IMG/VR virus record: IMGVR_UViG_3300044699_000031
Span: 1 to 47,200 of that record
Strand: one strand, 5' to 3'
DNA: 47,200 bases
Origin: a virus
Taxonomy: Duplodnaviria > Caudoviricetes
Within the stretch, counting starts at the first letter, position 1; every line of letters begins with the position of its first letter. Positions 41,701-47,200 of this stretch are shown in pieces. The position numbers were made by a program, and so were the translations under genes. The notes under the pieces were generated by a model, which saw nothing but the letters and a program-made list of their open reading frames with translations, did not search any database and had not been told where the DNA came from.

Positions 41701-44700
41701 GCATGGAGCCTGGAGAGTTTGCGCTCTACACCAAAACGATCGCCGAAGCGTCCGCGACCGCACGCGCGCAGCTCGATCGGAAACTCCTGGCGGAAATCCG
41801 ACGAGAGCAGACGGCCGCCTGGAAAGCGCAGGAAGCCGACATCCGGCAGCAAGTCACCGAGGAACAGCAGCAGCAGCCCGTCTACCGCGCCCTGTCCGCC
41901 GTCCAGAAGGGCGAGCATCCCAACGGCCAGCCCCTGATCGAAGGGCTGGAACCGCGCCCGCTGAAGCTCTCGCGCGCCATCCTGGTCGAGCGCTACGGCG
42001 AGGACCGCCTGCGGCGCCTGCCCAAGAATCCCTACGTGTATTCGATCGACGGCGGCATGGACCCGGACGTCGTCGCCGGCATGTTCGGATTCACGAGCGG
42101 CGACCAGATGCTGACGGCCATGGAGACGGCGCCGCCGATGGACGCCGTCATCGACACGCAGACCAAGACCAGGATGCTGTCACTGCATGGCAGCCTGCTG
42201 CTCGACGGCACGCTGCCGGAAGCCGCACAGCAGGCGGTCGCCAACACGGAGCGCGAGCTGGTCATCCGCCAGGAGCTGCGCGCCCTGGCGAAGAAGCGTC
42301 GCGAGCTGGACCCGTTCATCAAGCAGCAGCAGCGGGCGAGTAAGGAAGGCGATCGACCAGGCGCAACGCGAGAGGGAATACGAGCGGCGCTGGTTCGACG
42401 CTGAGCACAAGCTGGCCATGGCCATCGCAATCGGCCGCAAGCAGGTCGAAATCGACGAACTCGATCGCGACGTGAAGGAGCTGCGCGCGAAGGCCCGAGG
42501 GGGCGCCGCCTACATCCGCGCCGCGATCCCGCCGGCCGACACGCTCAAGGCAGCAGCAGCAGCCCGCATCGCGGTCCTGCCCGTGCGCGACATCACCCCT
42601 CAGCGGTTCTGGTCCGCGTCGCGTCGTGCTGGCCAGCAGGCGCTCGACCGAGCTGCGCGCCAGGATCTGGACGGCGCCATCGTCGCGAAGCAGCAGGAGC
42701 TGATCAACCTGCACATGTATCGGGAAGCCGAGGACGTCGTCGACGAAGTCAGGGACGGCGTCGACTACGCGCTGAACCTGACGTCGAAGACCCGGCGCGC
42801 GACCATCGGCCTGGCCGGCCAGAATTACCTGGACCAGATCGACGGCCTGCTCGATCGGTTCGGGTTCGCCCAGGCGTCAGACCAGGTCAAGAACCGGCGG
42901 CCGGAGCTGCGGAAGTTCGTCGAGGGCATCGAGTCGACCGGCCAGGCCATCGATCTGCCCGAGGAGCTGCTGGACGAATCCCGTCGTCGGGATTACAAGG
43001 ACATGACCGTCGTCGAGTTCACGGGCGTCATCGACGGACTCAAGGCGATCGTCACCTGGCGCAGACGAAGAACCGGCTACTGAAAGGCCGCCGAGCGCGC
43101 CGAGCTGGACGCTACCGCTACCACGATCGCGGACTCGATCTACGCAAACAAAGGACACGCCGCCGCGAGCGCTCGAACGGGACCGGCGCGCGTCGACGGA
43201 GCGCGGCCGGACGATCGACAGTATCTTCGCCGGCCACCGGAAGATGGCCAGCCTGGCCCGTCAAATGGACGGCTACCAGGACGGCGGCGCGTTCACCACG
43301 GCGATCATCAGGCCGCTCAATGAAGCCGGCGCGCGAGAGGCGGAAATGAACGCCGCCGCCGCGAAGAAGTTCAGCGAGCTGGTCGAGGCCGCGTATCCGC
43401 GAGGGTCGAAGCGCGACCTGTATCTCAAGACGTTCGTGCCGGCGATCGGTGACAGCCTGTCGAAGATGGAGCGGATCGTCATCGCGCTGAATTGGGGCAA
43501 CGAGGGCGGACGCGACCGCATCCGGCGCAGCGAGCAGTGGTCTGACGAACAGGTCCAAGCGATCCTGAACACGCTCGACGATCGCGACGCGACGTTCGTG
43601 CAGGGCGTCATCGACTACATCAACAGCTACTGGGCGGAAATCAAGGCCAAGCAGGAGCGCGTCTACGGCATCGCGCCGGAGAAGGTCGAGGCGTCGCCGT
43701 TCATGATCAACGGCCGCGAGATGGCCGGCGGTTACTACACGCTGAAATACGACGATCGTATGAGCGCTAAAGTCGGATCGCAGCTCGACCTTGAGGCGTC
43801 GAACCTCGCGCGCCAGGCCAGCTACGTGCAGGCGACCACGAAACGCGGCTGGACCAACGAGCGCCTGAAGACGGTGAAGGAACCGATCCGGCGAGACTTC
43901 GGCGTGATGTTCGAGCACGTCAAGGCGGTCATTCACGACCTGTCGCACCATGAGGCGCTGATCGACGTCGGCCGCATCCTTGGCCATCCCGCTGTGCAGC
44001 GGGCGATCTACGACACGCACGGCGACATCGTCTACAAGCAGTTTAAGACCGGCATCCGCGACGTTGCCTTCGGAGACATCCCGGCCACCAACGCCTTCGA
44101 GTCGGCGCTCAACCATGTCCGCACTGGCGCGACCATCGCCGGCCTGGGCTGGTCGCTGACGACGTCGCTGCTGCAGCCGATCGGCCTGACGCAGTCGGCT
44201 GTTCGCATCGGGCCGAAATGGGTTTTCGCCGGCATGGTCCGCTGGCTGCGCGGCACCGAGTCGATGGAGTCAACGGCCGAATGGATCAATCGGAAGTCGA
44301 CGCTGATGCGAACCAGGACGATCACGCAGCAGCGGGAAATCAACGAAATCCGCAACACGCTCGGCGTCGGAACCGGTAAGTTCTCAGGCATCGTCGACGA
44401 CGTCCTCTGGGCAAGCTGACGGTCGACACCATCACCAAGCAGGGCATCGCGGACAGCTACTTCTACCTGATCACGCAAATGCAGCGCGTCGCCGACATCC
44501 CGACCTGGCTCGGCCAGTATGAGAAGTCGATGGCCGCAGACTTCAGCGAGGAAGACGCCATCGCGCACGCTGACCAGGCCGTGCTCGACGCGCAAGGTGG
44601 AGGGCAGAACAAGGACCTGGCGGCGATTCAGCGCGGCGGTCCACTGCTCAAGGTCTGGACGAATTTCTATTCGTTCTTCAATGTGACCTACAACCTGACC

Positions 44701-45223
44701 GTCGAGTCGACGAAGCGCGCGAACCTGAAGGACCCGGCGAGCATCGGCCGCCTAGCCGTCGACTATCTGCTGCTCTACACCGTGCCGGCGACGCTCGGCT
44801 ACCTGGTGCGAGAGGGACTCAAGGGCAACGTCGATCCGGACAACCCGGAGGACACGCTGTTCGGTCTGATTCGAGAGCAAGCCAGCTACATGATGGGCAC
44901 CGTGCTCGGCCTGCGCGAGCTGGCCGGCGTCGTGCAGGGCTACTACGGCTACGAGGGTCCAGCCGGCGCCCGTGCCTTTAGTGCAGCGGGTAAGCTGGTT
45001 CAACAGTCAATCCAAGCAGGGAAAAAAGTCGCCGAAGGTGACTACGACGAAGCCTTCGACGAGGCGTTCTGGAAATCGCTGAACGCTACGGCCGGCATCC
45101 TGTTTCACTATCCCGCGTCGCAATTCCAGCGGACGGTGCAGGGCCATAGCGGCGATTGCTGAAGGCAAGACGCGCAACCCTGGTGTGCTGATCGGCGGCG
45201 TGCCGAAGGAGCAGAAAAAGTAA
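35745..45223 (+). CDS. Giant ejection / large polyvalent protein (~3,150 aa) with GNAT, ADP-ribosyltransferase-like and HExxH modules
   Basis: Successive ORFs join through about 10 indels; N-terminal Gly/Ala hydrophobic stretch; LVKFYKRFGF; PLVVYHGT...GIYF...GFDGII...QIKSAIGN.GTFD; STFLHESGH...HEQFAR.FEAYL.EGKAPS; C-terminal ALNWGN, GGYY, FYSFF. Confidence 0.8.
35753..35834 (+). repeat. 22-bp direct repeat, 60-bp period, encoding NEFDETV twice
   Basis: CAACGAGTTCGACGAGACGGTC at 35753 and 35813. Confidence 0.85.
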
Positions 45224-45661
45224 ATGGCCCGCGACAAGGTTCTGAAGTCGACGCGCATCCGCCGGCCGACCAGGCTGCAGGACAGCTACGGCCTGGAGGA
45301 AACGATCCTGCAGGACGTGCAGGTCGACATCACCAACGACATCGACGCGCGTGTCACGGTGCTGGAAGACTTCGTCGCGTCGTTCGTCAAGGCGCAGGTC
45401 GGCACGGCCGATGTCGAGCTGCCCAGGCGACGCGGCGGCCACTTCACGATCGACGGCACGTTCGAGCTGTCGCAAATTGGTGCGCCCGTTGTCATCACGC
45501 AGGGCGTCAACCCCTGGTTCGCCGACGAAGCGGAGTTCGGCATCGTGCACTTCGTCGGCCAGGTGCTGACGACCAGGTCGCTGCGAGTCTACTGGAACGC
45601 GCCGAATGTTCCCCCGCGTCGAGTCAGAATCCACTACATTATTGGCACCCTACAGGAGTAA
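45224..45661 (+). CDS. Hypothetical protein (145 aa), possibly virion-associated
   Basis: Intact ORF abutting the previous stop; beta-rich C-terminus. Confidence 0.7.
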   Translation: MARDKVLKSTRIRRPTRLQDSYGLEETILQDVQVDITNDIDARVTVLEDFVASFVKAQVGTADVELPRRRGGHFTIDGTFELSQIGAPVVITQGVNPWFADEAEFGIVHFVGQVLTTRSLRVYWNAPNVPPRRVRIHYIIGTLQE

Positions 45662-45666
45662 CGCCG

Positions 45667-46341
45667 ATGGCCGTGATTGAGTCACCAAACGATCCCCGCA
45701 TCATTCTGGAGGTCGACCCGTCGTTCGCAGCGGCGCGCGTCAGCGCTCGACCGCTGGAGTTCAAGGCCAAGAGCGGCGAGCTGGTCGGCGGTCACTACCG
45801 ACAGGGTTCTTCACCGGCAGCACGACCATCCTGGCAGGCCGGCGACGCGATCGTGTCGATGCGCTGGAACAGCGATCAGCTCCTGTTCGTGCTGCAGCGA
45901 CTGCGCGCCTTCGCCACTGTCATCACGGCGTTCACCACCGGCCAGGAGCTGGCGCTCGACCTGGTCAAGATGAACGGATTCACCGCCAGCGACACAGGCG
46001 GCACCGATAAGCTGCCGGCGATTCAGGCCGGCGCAGGTCGGAAACGGCTGACCATGCAACCGTCACGCATCACCGATCTGCGCGTCGCCAACGCGACCGC
46101 GCTCGGCGCCGGCACGGGAACTGCTGATGGTCAGGCATGTGGCTACTGCAACATCCCATGCACCAACGTCGTCGGCAGCAGCGCGGGCGAGGATCTGATT
46201 CAGTCACCGACCGGCGGCGAGCATCCTCTGGCGCTGGCGAAGCAGGAAGGATTCCGCATCCGGATCGCACAGGTGCAGGGCGCTGTCGGCGTCGTCAGGT
46301 ATTCGTTTGTGATGGACTGGGCTGAGGTTCCGTCCTACTAA
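45667..46341 (+). CDS. Hypothetical beta-rich protein, possibly virion-associated
   Basis: AGGAG RBS; ends YSFVMDWAEVPSY; probable compensating indels near 45805-45835. Confidence 0.7.
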   Translation: MAVIESPNDPRIILEVDPSFAAARVSARPLEFKAKSGELVGGHYRQGSSPAARPSWQAGDAIVSMRWNSDQLLFVLQRLRAFATVITAFTTGQELALDLVKMNGFTASDTGGTDKLPAIQAGAGRKRLTMQPSRITDLRVANATALGAGTGTADGQACGYCNIPCTNVVGSSAGEDLIQSPTGGEHPLALAKQEGFRIRIAQVQGAVGVVRYSFVMDWAEVPSY

Positions 46342-46345
46342 CCAG

Positions 46346-46654
46346 GTGCGCGTCGTCACGATTGAGCGCGTGACTTTAACGGATCGGGTGGCATCCTTGA
46401 ACTATGCGCTTGTCGGTTCCCTGGTAACGCTGGCTCTGTTTCTTGCAGGAGCAATCTTCAAGATGGGGCATCACAGCAGCTCGCATCGAACAGCTCGAAC
46501 AATGGCGGGCGACCATTCGCCTGGACATGCACGAGATATCGAACAGCCTGGAGGGTATGGCCGTCGAGATGAAACGACTGGCCGTGCTCATCGAAGGAAC
46601 GCACACACGACGGACGTCGTCGCCGACCGAGAGCTGGACCGCGACATCCAATGA
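46346..46654 (+). CDS. TM plus coiled-coil protein (holin/antiholin-like)
   Basis: YALVGSLVTLALFLAGAIF then RIEQLEQW...LEGMAVEMKRL; immediately upstream of the endolysin; start uncertain. Confidence 0.5.
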   Translation: MRVVTIERVTLTDRVASLNYALVGSLVTLALFLAGAIFKMGHHSSSHRTARTMAGDHSPGHARDIEQPGGYGRRDETTGRAHRRNAHTTDVVADRELDRDIQ

Positions 46655-47168
46655 TCGATTCAATTCTCCGGATACACGATTCCGGCAGCGATGGACGTGC
46701 TGCCGGCGGAAATGGCGAGCGTGCCGGCGACCGCGATGCTGCTGGCCACGGGCCTGCAAGAATCCCGGTTTCTCGAACGGCGCCAGCTCCCAGGCGGACC
46801 TGCGCGCGGGTTCTGGCAGTTCGAGCTGACCGGCGTCGAGGCCGTGCTGGCGCATCCGTCGAGCGCGCAGCACATCGCGGCAGCGCTCCGTCAGCTCCGT
46901 TACCCGCACCACATCCCGGCGACCTTCATACACTCAGCGCTCGAACACAACGACGTCTTAGCGTGCTGCTTCGCCAGGTGCCTGCTCTGGACGCATCCGT
47001 CGAAGATGCCGGCGCAGGACGATCCAGGATCGCGGCTGGCGAATCTACCTCAGTTGCTGGCGCCCTGGTCGGCCGGCGCCTAACACCTGGTCGGGCCTGT
47101 TCACAGAAGCCTGGGAACGGACGACGAACGTCGGCATGCCGGCACCCAACGAACTCCGAAAGGCATAG
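46651..47168 (+). CDS. Putative endolysin (lysozyme-like family)
   Basis: MLLATGLQESRF..RRQ..GGPARGFWQFE...LEHNDVLA..FAR.LLWT...W..YL..WRPGRP; indels near 46670 and 47030. Confidence 0.75.
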
Positions 47169-47172
47169 GTCC

Positions 47173-47200
47173 ATGGATCGATTGATTGAAGCGCTCAGCG
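47173..47200 (+). CDS. 5' end of the holin-like gene (continues at position 1)
   Basis: ATG GAT CGA TTG ATT GAA GCG CTC AGC G, 4 nt after the endolysin stop. Confidence 0.55.

Larger units (their letters stand above)
1..47200 (+). mobile_element. Complete or near-complete tailed phage genome (BPP-1/epsilon15-like podovirus architecture)
   Basis: TerS, TerL, portal, scaffold, MCP, cement, adaptor, nozzle, ejection proteins and lysis genes in canonical order; no host housekeeping genes; the ends join through a holin ORF. Confidence 0.93.

Noticed and set aside
109-47174. Long minus-strand ORFs in the ORF track
   Set aside because: They are shadows of GC3-biased plus-strand genes and have no recognisable motifs or RBS.
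1-47200. Dozens of frameshifts suggesting pseudogenes, programmed frameshifting or recoding
   Set aside because: They are single-base indels spread through essential genes (TerL, portal, MCP, DnaB), often in short homopolymers, without in-frame nonsense decay or shared slippery sites. This is typical of unpolished long-read error.
26270-47200. Diversity-generating retroelement as in BPP-1
   Set aside because: No reverse transcriptase motifs and no template/variable repeat pair were seen.
1-47200. tRNA or rRNA genes
   Set aside because: No cloverleaf with a T-loop consensus or rRNA-like segment was noticed in the few intergenic gaps; tRNAscan-SE would be needed to exclude them formally.

Overview
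The window looks like an essentially complete, circularly permuted genome of a GC-rich tailed dsDNA phage of the BPP-1/epsilon15-like podovirus type. The last 28 nt start an ORF (MDRLIEALS) that continues into the holin-like ORF at position 1. All credible genes are on the + strand. The early region (0.4-16.4 kb) encodes a KTSC protein, an Mgm101/Rad52-type annealase, a PD-(D/E)XK nuclease, an HNH-like protein, an Irc3-like SF2 helicase, DnaB, a RuvC-like resolvase, an MT-A70 methyltransferase, a PAP2 phosphatase and DUF932. Packaging and head genes follow (TerS, TerL, GNAT, portal, scaffold, major capsid, cement), then tail and ejection genes (adaptor, nozzle, staple, three internal proteins including a ~3,150-aa polyvalent protein) and a lysis cassette. 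Many genes are broken by single-base indels that look like read errors, so coordinates are manually joined and lengths are approximate. All family calls come from motif recognition, not database searches. The most unusual signals are: (i) a major capsid protein with a ~45-aa signal-peptide/transmembrane leader, plus a second structural-region protein with a Sec signal; (ii) the head-tail adaptor fused behind ~1,050 aa of lectin-like and repeat domains; (iii) a recombination set paralleling yeast mitochondrial Mgm101/Irc3/Cce1; (iv) an ejection protein carrying GNAT, ADP-ribosyltransferase-like and HExxH modules bounded by LFQ motifs; (v) an unnamed domain present twice; (vi) repeated promoters, candidate antisense RNAs and strong GTAC avoidance.
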